A DNA stretch of 62,607 nt, filler included, from Choristocarpus tenellus KU-1152 (lineage: Eukaryota; Protista; Phaeophyceae): the NCBI GenBank assembly GCA_964200185.2. It is 13 parts of 13 records of this genome, joined end to end, with 100 filler letters (N's around TTAATTAATTAA, not from the genome) between each part and the next. Parts side by side here need not be neighbours in the genome. Positions count along the whole stretch, not along the records: positions 23,811 to 29,782 come from CAXNAD020009283.1; positions 29,883 to 38,666 come from CAXNAD020004337.1; positions 38,767 to 42,090 come from CAXNAD020020793.1; 10 more parts are not named here. The stretch is one strand, 5' to 3'. The notes beneath the pieces are model-generated. The model worked only from the letters and a program-made list of their open reading frames with translations. It was not told where the DNA came from and made no database searches. The position numbers were made by a program, and so were the translations under genes. Shown here piece after piece: positions 27,001 through 38,782 of the stretch (position 1 is the stretch's first letter; every line of letters starts with the position of its first letter).

Positions 27001-28389
27001 GTCGAACTGCCTCCTGTGTGCTCAAAGTCTGTTAGGGAAAAGAGAATGAAAATAGGTGTCTTGAAGGGTTTAACATATTAAAAAAAGTATACACTTAGGT
27101 ATCTCCATGTATATGTTGGTTTTGGTGAGGAAAAATGTGACTCTAGTAAGAATTTCAAATTGGCGCACTTACAGACACGGTTGCTCGTGCTAGAGAATCG
27201 CACATCGATTGGGATTGACAAATCACAACCAGATGCGCCAGAGGAATTTGGCATCACAGAACCATCGTCGTACTCCTCAACATTGAACGGAGGGCTGCAG
27301 TCACGAACCCTGGGCATGGAAAATAGTCCGGCCTTGATAGTGTCTGAGGCGATACAATGATGCGGAAGGGTTAGATTTTTGCGCTTGGAAGACGTTAGCG
27401 ATGCTCAGGAGTTTCAAATCAGCTATATGGTGAAATACAGGTAACATACAACAAAATATTTCACGGAGGTGTACGGCAGGTATAATCTCACATACTCCCG
27501 CAGCAAGAGTCTTTGGCAGTGTCACTTCGTACTGCTGTGTAGCATCGCCAAGGCATCCTCCATCATTGTGCGTTGGGCAGAGGGTTGTCACTCGGCTGGC
27601 GCCGCTGGTGTAACCGCAGTTTGGACCCTCAAATAGGTTGAAGAAAAAAAAATCTTCATATCCTCGTTCACTACTCTCGACGAAGTTGTAGTTCCAACGA
27701 AAGTTGAACGAGTCCCCCGCCTTCTGGTCTCTAATGTGCGCTGAGTAGAACGTTGCTCTCGCAAGTTTCCTGTTTGGTGTGAAGTATTTCATAGAGAATT
27801 AGGATCTAGTCAAGGTGACTGTTACGTGTACCCTTCGATGAAGAGCTGAAAAGTCAACATTATGTTAAGGGTTCCAGATGCGAACAAGAGCACCAAGAGA
27901 TCTCAACCAGCCCTGTAATGGATGCTACCCAATGTCAACAAATCTGAAAGGTGGACTTGAGGCTGAAGTGGGAGCCCAAGTTAAGTTACGGCGAGTTTCA
28001 GACCAAGGTCGATCGGGGCCACTGTGTCAGCACTATGCAAAAACTCTTCATTCAAGTAAAATATTTGGATATGATATGGTTCATTCAAGTGGACACGAAT
28101 GGAAAGTATCAGCCTCGTTTCGGGCAGGGCACCCCTATCGCTGTTATTGAAAACTCTTCCGTCAAAACCTTATTCAGCACACATTCAAGAACCCAAATAT
28201 TTTCGATGAATACAAATTCAACGGCACAGATCGAAGTCATTCATCTCACCTATTCTGCTGTTCCTGAGCTACACCCGACTCGGGAATATCGGCAATGAAA
28301 GATGCACCAGATTTATCATGTGCTGCCAGGACAGTCGTCAACGAGGACACGACTGCCCCCACCACAACCATACTGCTAAGGTTTTTCAT
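24045..28389 (-). CDS. Secreted mannuronan C-5-epimerase (alginate epimerase, AlgG-like right-handed beta-helix), complete, 13 exons, about 652 aa
   Basis: Exons (top-bottom): 28389-28250, 27769-27492, 27343-27173, 27028-26823, 26454-26341, 26127-25981, 25841-25773, 25582-25489, 25363-25304, 25163-24954, 24829-24665, 24509-24366, 24205-24045. All introns are GT-AG with matching phases; total 1959 nt ending in TAA. Signal-peptide-like start MKNLSSMVVVGAVVSSLTTVLAA. Catalytic motif YGFDPHDDS followed by NGNHGIIASKRC and GIFLHRSSD; also GRSYVSCVSE, ESYGLTWKVRG and GHQGGVWTNN. Confidence 0.95.
26476..26733 (+). mobile_element. Complete MITE T1-B (258 bp) in intron 4 of the epimerase gene, TSD AAT
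   Basis: AAT|GACCCAAAGCATTTAAGAGAGTAG ... CTACCATCTTATATGCTTTGGGTC|AAT. The body is homologous to 57963-58232. Confidence 0.88.
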
Positions 28390-29205
28390 TGTACGAATAA
28401 GAAAGCTGCACGGTTTTCCACAACGCGAAAAGTTACAGGGGGACTACGGACTTTTTCTGGTATCGGGCACTGATCTGAACGATGTTAGTGTGTTTATGTA
28501 TGTTCTGGTGTGTACACTGTTGGGATGTTTGTGGACCCCAACAATATGATGTTCCTGAACGCCAACAGTATAAAAAAAAATATGACTGGAAGAAGGAATG
28601 AAATTTCCTATTATTAAATAGATGGAAACAGCTCAACAAGTTCCACATTTCAACTACCCTAAATACTTTGTGAATAATTTGCTCCATATATATAATGGTA
28701 TTTGGTTCTTGCTACACACCCTTAAATGGTGATTTTTCATGCTCGAATTTAGAAGGAATTTAAGATATAATATTATTGTCAGGGACAGGTCACCTTTTTC
28801 AGGATCTCCGACGTTGATGAGGATAATACGCGCGCCATACACATTTGGCGGCGTCACCTTTTGTAATGGAGGCCATAACATGTGATGTGTTGTGGGTCAG
28901 AAGCACGAATGGCACACGGTAAGCCCAAGAGTGTATTTTCTGTTCTGCCTGGTGGTCATAATCAATCACATTGAAGATTGATCCACAGCATGCCTCAGTC
29001 TAATCTTTCACTTCCTTTCTGAACCTGGTGGTTCTGATCACCCCATCACACCGAAGCAGACCCCATTACACTATTCCCATTATAGTACTCAAACATTAAT
29101 ATTACACTTATTTCGAATCAAATAGTTAATTAACCCGATTATCGGAACACACTCCACACTTTCTCCTTCCACCATTACCAAGAGTTATTACGTAAGGAAA
29201 AAGAT

Positions 29206-29557
29206 GTACAATATTTTAATACTTTAACCTTAATACAGGTGAAGAGTCTATGTAAAATGAAGAAGTTCGCCACAATAAGAGAACAAAAACATAGTAATAG
29301 ATTATAATAGATAGAACATATACCACCCTAAATATAATTCCCAAAATAATGCTTCCAAAGTGATGATTTTCAAAGGGGACCGTACAATATTTTAATATTT
29401 TAACCTTAATACAGGTGAAGAGTCTATGTAAAATGAAGAAGTTCGGCACAATAAGAGAACAAAAACATAGTAATAGATTATAATAGATAGAACATATACC
29501 ACCCTAAATATAATTCCCAAAAGAATGCTTCCAAAGTGATGATTTTCAAAGGGGACC
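29206..29557 (+). repeat. Tandem duplication, 2 x 176 bp
   Basis: Units start at 29206 and 29382 (GTACAATATTTTAATA...TTCAAAGGGGACC). About 3 substitutions between copies are visible by eye. Confidence 0.95.
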
Positions 29558-29882
29558 TCGTTCTTCACACGATCTCCACGGTCCATCCATCCTCCTCTGC
29601 CGTCTGGACACTTGTCGTTTTCGAATCTCTCCACGATTGCTGGCACAGAACCTCTTGTGGCTTGAATCACCAGAAACCACAGAACTCCGTTGTTATTCTG
29701 GTAGTTCTGATGGGGTCAAAGTATCTGGGGGGGGGGGTGTCGGCGTCCGTTTTTCACCCTTTTTTCGATTTTCCCTTTTTTGNNNNNNNNNNNNNNNNNN
29801 NNNNNNNNNNNNNNNNNNNNNNNNNNTTAATTAATTAANNNNNNNNNNNNNNNNNNNNNNNNNNNNNNNNNNNNNNNNNNNN

Positions 29883-30011
29883 CTGTACCTCTGCGAAGGT
29901 GACGTCTAGCAGAAGACCTTTGTCCCTGTAGGGAGTTGTTCCAGCATCCGCTAGTGCCCCTGCGTGGATCACCAGATCCATGCGGAGATTCCTGTCCACC
30001 GTGAAAGGGCC
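29883..30011 (-). mobile_element. Fragment of a non-LTR retrotransposon, restriction-like endonuclease (RLE) region
   Basis: Translation GPFTVDRNLRMDLVIHAGALADAGTTPYRDKGLLLDVTFAEVQ has the R-x-D ... LLLDVT core of the PD-(D/E)xK endonuclease of CRE/R2-like elements. Confidence 0.75.
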
Positions 30012-32396
30012 AGTTTTCATTTGTTTTCCCCCTGACACATCTGCAAAATGTGAGAGGGCATAATAATATACATAGAATATATACATACATCCGTGTGTAT
30101 GGCGTAAATGGTAGTAAATAGGAAATAGATTAGTGTTTTTCACATATATGGCAACTGTTACTTTTTTAGGGTTTATTCTGACATGCGAATAGTTTTGTCG
30201 ATTTTTCTACTGACACATCTCCAAAATGTCACAGGGCATAATAATAAAGTATATTTTCAACTAAATGTGAAATAACAAGAAACATTTTCAACCCGCAATT
30301 CAGGAATTACCGTAGTAGTACGGTATGGTTGCCATTATTGTTGTATTTTAGTAGTCCAGTATATTTTATGGATTTTGCAAATGTGCCAAGGAAAAACCAA
30401 AGCCATGTTACAAGGACTAATGTAAATACAACAGCAAGTGCCGTCAATGCCAATACCCCTCCGTAAAATGTGCTTATTTTTTACTCTAACAGGTTATGTA
30501 TCATTCTGCCCTCTAACACTTTGCAGATGTGTCAGGAAAGAACCAAGCCTATACTACAAGGAGTACTTCTAACATAACAGCCTTTGTCGTGAATGCTGAG
30601 TGCTTGTAACTTAGTGTTGGTGTTTCGCTGACACACATCACTAGGAGCACATGTAGCGGAAGCTAGTTACAGAGACCCCTCGTTCTCGAAGGCCTAGTCC
30701 TTTCGGCAGTGGCGATTGCGTGATAATGAACAAAGAGAACAATCGTTGTTGTTTGTTCTTAGTGAACAGCCCATAATTAGTCCTCTTCGATACAACAATG
30801 GAAAATGCCTTCCTATGATTTCAAGGGATAAGTTGCATATTACTTGCGTTCATTCAATTTTTGCACGCAGAATATAATGCATTTGCAATTGATGAAAACC
30901 ATACACCAGCAACATGGCAGTGGGTGGGTAATGCGGAAATGATGCTTCTGGAGTACAGAATATATTGAGGAGAAAAGATTGCTGTGAAAATACTGATCAA
31001 ATATACAATATTCCTTAGACAGGTGTCTTACCATCGACAACAACTGATACAATTGCAGTAGTGCTTGAAATATATTTCAATATTATGCCCTCTAAAATTT
31101 TACAGATGTGTCTTGCGCATGCTTGTTTCAAAATTACAAAACTAAACTATGTATAGAGAGAGCTTACCTCCCAGAAGTGCCTATTTATTATTCATCAACA
31201 CAACCGACACCTTTTTTCCATCCTACGTCACCTAGTTACTCTTAACAGCTCTTGTCCAAGATTCTCACCTGCTCACTTGTACATACTTTTGAAATATATA
31301 TATATATACCAACAATATAGAAAACACAATTAATAGCACAGGCTCTGTAAGGTTCTTGGGGAGTATAAAATATCATGATAAAGATGGACAGTTCAATAAT
31401 GATGAAAACTTCAACTCTTCGTTCAGGGAGCAAGAGTTGAGAAGGTGCAGAAGTTCCCCATACGGCACATCTCCAAATGGCGTCAGGTAATATGCCTACC
31501 ACACAATATGGTGGTGGATCTATGACAATGAGAGCTTGGGAAGGAAAGAGTGGTCAAAACTTGATATATGTTGTGTGTGGTAAGATTCCAATGAATAGTG
31601 CATTTGAATGAATTGGAATATATCCAAGTATTGTGCAATACCATTTTTTGCTCATAGAAGAAAATTCGCACCTTGGACAGCAAAACAGGAGGGAATGTTT
31701 TGGTGCTAAAAACATGAAACATATCTTCACAATGTGACACCTATTAAACATATTGACTAATGCCATCCTTCGCTCTCTGACGTGTTGCATTTTTTCTCAA
31801 GTGGTAAGAATATAATATCAACAAAATTCAACAACAGAGTCCGTTCTGTATAGAGCTCTACTACAGATTCTCTAACCATATACAAAGTGCCCCAAAAATA
31901 AAAAACAAGAGATTTGTTGTCATATACGCAAGAAATATAGTAATGATCGCCGGTATAATGAAGTATAGAAGTGGTCCAACCCCCACATAATTTCCCTAAT
32001 GCCTACCACATCGCACATTAACCCTAGTCTGCTCTGTGTCTAAATCATCACTCGCAAACGACACTGGTAACTATGTGGACCCCATCACTACCTCAACTTC
32101 AACGGCTCGTAGAGAGCACTAAGAATCCACATAGAGCTATGTCTCCCATTTCTCCTTACAAATCAGGTTTCATTGTACATGCCTAACCTCATTTCCTACC
32201 CATAGTTCTGGCGGCCCAGGGTCTCAAAATATATCCCCAGAGCTCCTAATGCTTTCCAATCCACAATTGAGTTGTGGTACAAACTAGTGACTACAAGCAT
32301 GTTGCCCACCTTGCAGCTCTCTTACATATCACCATATGCATTGGGAACAACTAGGTACGACTTCAAGATTAGGCGCTGTGTAGATGCACTGGGCAT

Positions 32397-32501
32397 AACC
32401 CAGAGTATCTGGGGGGGGGGGGGGGGGGGGGCGGACACCGCGGGGCCCTTCTAAACAAAAAAAAAAAAAAAAATATTTTTTTTTTTTTTTTTTAGNNNNN
32501 A

Positions 32502-32539
<38 letters not shown>

Positions 32540-32696
32540 GGGTCTACACCAGGGCGTCCATTTGGACCAAAATCAGGAAAAGATCATTTATGTTATCCAT
32601 CTGACCTATACAACCAAATCACCCAAACATCGCGATATGAAAAAATTGACCCCAAATGGACAGCCGCCACACACCCACCCCCCAATACTTTGAGCC
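32397..32696 (-). mobile_element. MITE T1-A with 3-bp TSD CAT (contains a small gap)
   Basis: CAT|AACCCAGAGTATCTGGG ... CCCAATACTTTGAGCC|CAT. Confidence 0.87.
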
Positions 32697-35600
32697 CATT
32701 AACCACAGGAAGTTGATATCAACACTATCTGACATTCGATAGCCAACTTTGTTCCTAGTGACCGCATAAAACCGCAACCTTTCTCACCCTATAGAATGAA
32801 CAGTCTTTGTATATAGGGAGGAGCTCCAGGGGTACGAAGTACCTTTACTCTCTCCATCAAACACAGCACCATGACTTCTTCCCACTGGATAGTCTACCGT
32901 CTTTTGAGCTCCTCATATTCCCCACTGAGAGCCCTCAGTTGTTCTACAACATTTTCATGCCACTTGACGAGTGATCGCTCAAAGTGCCTAGTGTTGAATT
33001 GAAAGTGAAGTTACGGAGGATATATGCGTTGTCCTTAGACTTTCCATGCCCCCTTCCTCCGACAGTCTCCTCAATGGCTCATTCATTCCACTGGTACTAA
33101 GATCAATACCACGATTTGTAGTTCTGACTGCCATTGCTGTTGAGACTTGAAATACCGACATTCTCTCACTACTGCCTGACCATGATGTCACGGCCATTCT
33201 TAGTGTCCCTGGGTGTCCCTGGGTGGCCAATACGTCTGATACCACCCACTGCAGTATGTGCTGCCGTCTGGTTGCACAAAGGATTGAATCCAAGCAAGGT
33301 CGGGTGTTGAAGAGGACATTGCCCCAGCTTCTTTGTCTGACGAAACCCTATCCGCTGAGATCTTGATATCATCGTCCCAGAAGAGAGATATTATCAAGTG
33401 TGTGTTTGGAGTTAGGATGGGATGTAACTGTAACTATGCACTTGATTGATGGTAAGATGGACATGATAAGGTTGGATGTTTGTGTAGAGTGATGGCATGA
33501 TAGAAGAGAATCTCGTCAAGTGATGCTTAGATATTTCGTGAAGTTTCTTCTAATGTTTTCTCTGTAGAAATTACTAGTCCACCAAACTGACAATACTGTT
33601 GGCATTCTATATTTATGATCAGAACCTTACAAACTGTGTTCTTGATACGATAGTTAAGTGATTAGCAAGCTCTAGTGATTCGAAACACCCCCAGAGAGTA
33701 TGTTGATAGGGTGGGCATCCTATCGGGTAGGAGCGTAGGTACTCCAGTAAGTACGCCAGGACACAAATATACTTTGGAGCATGTGTGGGGAGCTCAGAGG
33801 GGGAGCCAACAATACAGAGACCTTGAAATATATATGAGCAGGTCTTTATCTGTAGTTCGCTGATAAATCCTCTCTCTTCCAAGTTCACGTTTTTTGTCTC
33901 ATAGTAGCACGAAGTAATGATCACATACCTGCAGGTCAACCATGTAAGTGAAATCAATCAATCGAGCAGTTTCGCTGGTATGACCTATCTAGGTATCAAG
34001 ATCCATGTATCCCAGGTGCAAAATATCGTCCTTGTTACGACTGACTTTGCTCAACACATTTTTATGCCAGACTTTCGCTTTTCATGCAGGACTTTTATAG
34101 GTAAGAATATTTCGACATATCATAATCAATTGTATTTGAGTAGTATTTTCATGTCCAGCAAGTCGATCACACCTGTCGTCCTCCCAAGTCAGCTGAACTC
34201 ACACAGTAGAGAGTATCCTGGATAGGTCCTCCTCCCTTAGCTTGATCAGCTCCAGGTTGCGATATCGGAGTCCAGGACCAAGTTCCTACCCGAGCCTCAT
34301 CTTTGTGTAGGTGTTTGCCCATGGAGAGTAGAGATACGGTGTAAATGCATGAGGGTTTGGAAGAAGTATTTAGTATGCTTTGAAATGTGCATGATACACA
34401 GCGCATAAGGGCCAGGGAGTGTGAATGGATGTTTTGAGCAGGAAGTCTTTGAACAAGCACAAAGGGCATATTCCTCTACAGGGGGTCTGGAGGTATAACG
34501 TTTTGACACATTTGGCAACATGGCCAAATCAAACCGCCATCTCCCATCTCAAATATCGTTTTAGGACTAGCCACGGGCAAAGCCCTTCGTCCGTAGACCT
34601 CCACAGTAATCTCTCCACAGTAAAACATGGTATCATTGATACTGCTGCTGACGATGCTGCCTTTTGAATCAGACCTCACCTCCACTGTCTCCTCCACCAT
34701 CATTCGTCAACTGCCTACCTGCATCCTGCAGGCCCTCTGTCCTTGAAGGTAGATATTCCCCATTGAAGGGGTCTGCCTCTGTGGCTCCGTTCTCCAAGAT
34801 CATGGGGTCCCCCTCCGCCCCTGCCGCTGTCCTCACGCATACCCCCCTGGAGAGTATATTCGCATGGGCCATGCCCTCCCACCTGGCCGTGGTCTTGGCC
34901 GTGTCCCTATCCCTCCTCTGCCTATTCTTGTACTGGCAGATTCGGGCTTCCCTCCAAGCTACTGCTTTGCCAAGGACTTCCCTTTCTCTCCTCTCCTTCC
35001 CTCTGTTACAAGCCTTGCCAGGTCCAGGTGGCTTGGTGGAGGCATGCGATGATACCTCCTCTTCCCCCTGGCTTTCCCTTGATGGCGTCCCTGTTCCAGC
35101 TGCACCACACCCTCCTCCAACACCTGTGCCTACAGGTGCACCAGCCACGACTCCAGATTGGACTTGAAGTTCACAGGCGTCCCCTACACTAACATCAACA
35201 CCTCTGGGAACGCTATCCTGGGGGGGGTGCTGAGAGGAGGCAACTATTTGGAGCGCCTTGGCCATCTGGCATCAGCACAATGGTGACAAGAAGTCACAAA
35301 GACAAAGGAAGGAACAGCAAGTTGAGTGGTGAGAGAATAGAGTTGTAGAGTACATGCTCAAAATTACTGCAATGTTCTCTTGTAATAACGCAGGGCTTAG
35401 GTTGAAATTTGACCTCCAATAACCCAGGTTTTGAGCTCGTCCATGAAACACTGTCCAACTGCCCACTAAAAGGCATGGTGGGGAAAGGTTGTATGATGAC
35501 TTCAACTTTGCAACTTTGCTCGCAGTTCATACTACCTTTGCAGGAGATCCTTGGTTGTGCATACTAGTGTATTAAATTCGAGGTAAACATTAATTTGACA

Positions 35601-38600
35601 AAGTGTGCTGTTATGCATGCCATGATGCCATGCAAACAATAAATTATAGATGTATTGTGGCAGAAAAAGATGCTCCAGAGGGTATATCTAATCCATCAAG
35701 TGCTGCATTCACACTTCCGTGCAACAATTTCAAGCCTCACAGCAGTCTCGAAACAATTCTGTGAAATACTATAGAGTTGTACCAAATGATGCGATCTTAT
35801 AGGGAGCAAGAATTTGGTGCTTGTGGAAGTTTGGTGTGTGGTACATCTCCTGAGAGAGTGATGTGAACATCAAATGGTGGTGGTGCATAGACTGCGGTGG
35901 ACTGCTGAGGAAAGGGGTGGTCAGAATCTGATTGGATATCTGTGTGTGGTAAGATTCCCAAGAATAGGGTACTTGAACAAAGATATCACATTATGGACAC
36001 TTTTTCGAAGTTGTACTGTGTATATCGTGTAGGTTACAATACGTTTTCCCCAAACCAAATCACTTTGTACATTGCTTGTCTCCGCATCTCTTTCATACAC
36101 ACCTCTTCGTCTGTTGCCTGGGTTGATAAGCCCAAACTCCAGTAATGAAGTCTATTGTTTCGAACCCAGAATATCCTGTGCTTTAAATTGGGCAAGTTGT
36201 GCCTGGTCGCAGTCTGCTGCGTGGATGGGTTGGGATTGATCATCCTTACAGCGGTCTCTCTATTCTGGGCGGTGGAAACCACCCCAATTGTGGTCTAAGA
36301 TACGGGTGACACAAGAAGAAATAATGAGGGGCATTGAAGGTGTTCTTTGGAGTCATGGTGGATATAGCATTGTGTCTGGTCATAGTTCAGGCGGGGAAAA
36401 CGTGCTCCACATTCACTGCCTCCTACTCTGAGCAGGTGCGTTTTGAGAGGTGCATATGGGCCGTATCACCCACCACATATGGATAGCCCTATTTCTCACT
36501 CTTATCATTTTCTGTCGGGGAAGAAGTCGTCATTTACTACAAACATCTCTTGGTATCTTGGTATGTTGTTCGAGGGAGAGGTCACCATGTGACCTAGACT
36601 CTTCGGTATAGAACATAGAGCTAGACATTAACGGCGCAAGAGACTCATGCTAGATAGTACCACGTCACTTTCAATGCATCTCCAGGAGCACGACACCTAC
36701 TACTACTGAATATCAATTTAGTGCAAAAATTGCACTACCCTGGAAATAATGAAGGACTTTGTCGTTGCTGAATCGAGGACAGGAGTGATAGAACGATCCC
36801 ACATGGTTCGGAAATGTGTGTGATTACAGCTGCTGGCGATAGTGAAGTAGAGTTACTTCCATTAGTTGGAGGTACAAGTGTACTTGCCAAATATTGGACT
36901 GTGATGGCTCACCACATGGTACTCGTCGCTTGAGGATAATATTGGACTTTTCGTCTTCTTCAAACCTTCTGATTTTCTTCCTGGACTACGAGCTAGACTT
37001 CCAAGATGAGTCGAAATTACCTCCCTAACAAAATATGATTTAACCAAAATTCTTACGGAGTCAGAAACGAGCCTGAATTGATAGCATACATTGCATTGAT
37101 TGCGACAGAAGGTGTTGATCTCGAATTTTCCAAGTATGCTCTATAAGAAATAACACCACAAGCCTCAAACTTTATCAATACAGAAATGGAAGTATCATAC
37201 TTGTTCTAAAAGTATACTAGATGCTACAAGGCATTGTAGAAAGTCTTCCAACCTTAATATATATTTTCTTACACTTCTGAACGCAGTTTGTTGCATTAAT
37301 TAACAGGAGCAGTCAGAACAACTATAACCTCCCGATAATTTGTAAACGTTCTTTGTGCCATACTCACTTAACATGTGGATAAGTGATCTGAAAACTCATC
37401 ACCAGAAAATAACATGATCAGCTTCTTTGGTAATGGTTGCCACTGGAAGTAGTGTTTACTTGATCGGCAGTCATTTATTATGCTTTCGTACTATAAGCAC
37501 TCCCTTCTCTGAAGTGGCTGAGGTGCTAAAACTAGAGGAATATGTATACTATATATATTGTAGTCCAAGAGTACCAACAGTGGGAGTAGAAATATAGTGA
37601 GTAGAGATTGTCCAACCAAACGTGTTGAAACATAAAAACAAAGCATGGCAGCTATGTCGTCAGCAACGACGGATTATTCAACATATCACCTCTAGCAAAA
37701 TATATCGTGATCTTCAGCAATTGCCTTAGCAACCCTAAGAATTGTATTGCTGCATCGCCCATTATTTTTATCAAAGGATACATTGCTTCCATTTTTGCGT
37801 ATGCAAAGGCATTTTTGTCGTAACGTTGATGCTATCCTCTTGTACTAAAATGATGTTCCTCACTAACAAAAACAATTAAGGAAGTCACAAGTACAGAAAC
37901 AGCTTATCAAATGGTCGATATGTGTCGTAAGCATGAAGCACAAAAGTCTAAAGGAAATGAAAAACTGTTCAACAATGTCGATCATTAGGAAGAACGAGAA
38001 TGAAAGATGGGAAATGGCTCGCTTTTTAGGGAGTTCTTGATTCCAAAAAGAGGGGAAAATTAGTTAGATGAAGAAGTGGGAAAACAGTCACAAAGAGTAG
38101 GACAAATGATTGACTGGAACAAACCGCCAAATATAGTGCCCTGAGAGTGTGAAAAACTGTCCAAGGCATCAGAAGCAAACATAAACCCCTACTATATTGT
38201 CGAGGGTGGGGGGTTGTTGTAAGCAGGGGGGTTGCTTCACAAGAGTGGGGGATTCTGTTCGTAGATAGTGCTGCTGATACACCATGTGAACCACCAGTGG
38301 ATTAGGTAATAGGATAGAGAGCCAGCGATAGATATACCGTATGTATTATCTCACTAGTGTCCATTAATTTTCGTGTCATGTTCAAGATACACTTGCTATA
38401 ATAAAGACAAGTAAATAAGTGATTCATAGTAAATTGGTGTGCACGATTGCAAACCCCACATTTAGGGAATAGTAATGGTAGTTTACACCTGTCTTAACCC
38501 ACAAGTTCAGTCAATGGAATCGAGGCCATAAGCCTCTTGTAACATTAATATTGTATATCTACATCAAACCATTTATTGTCCTCTATCAAGGCACACAGCC

Positions 38601-38782
38601 ACGGGTCCAGTGTGGAATATTCCAACAGATTCCCCCCCGTACATTACACTACCCTGTGAGTTACTANNNNNNNNNNNNNNNNNNNNNNNNNNNNNNNNNN
38701 NNNNNNNNNNTTAATTAATTAANNNNNNNNNNNNNNNNNNNNNNNNNNNNNNNNNNNNNNNNNNNNACAATTCTGCACAAAA

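Noticed and set aside
32988-33293. RRQHILQW...QGHPGTLRM resembling a Gypsy integrase zinc-binding motif
   Set aside because: The first His and the downstream CxxC and DDE motifs are missing; too weak to call.
34669-35265. 198-aa ORF on the minus strand as a host gene
   Set aside because: Low-complexity sequence with no convincing splice partners, surrounded by stop-riddled frames; more likely decayed repeat sequence.
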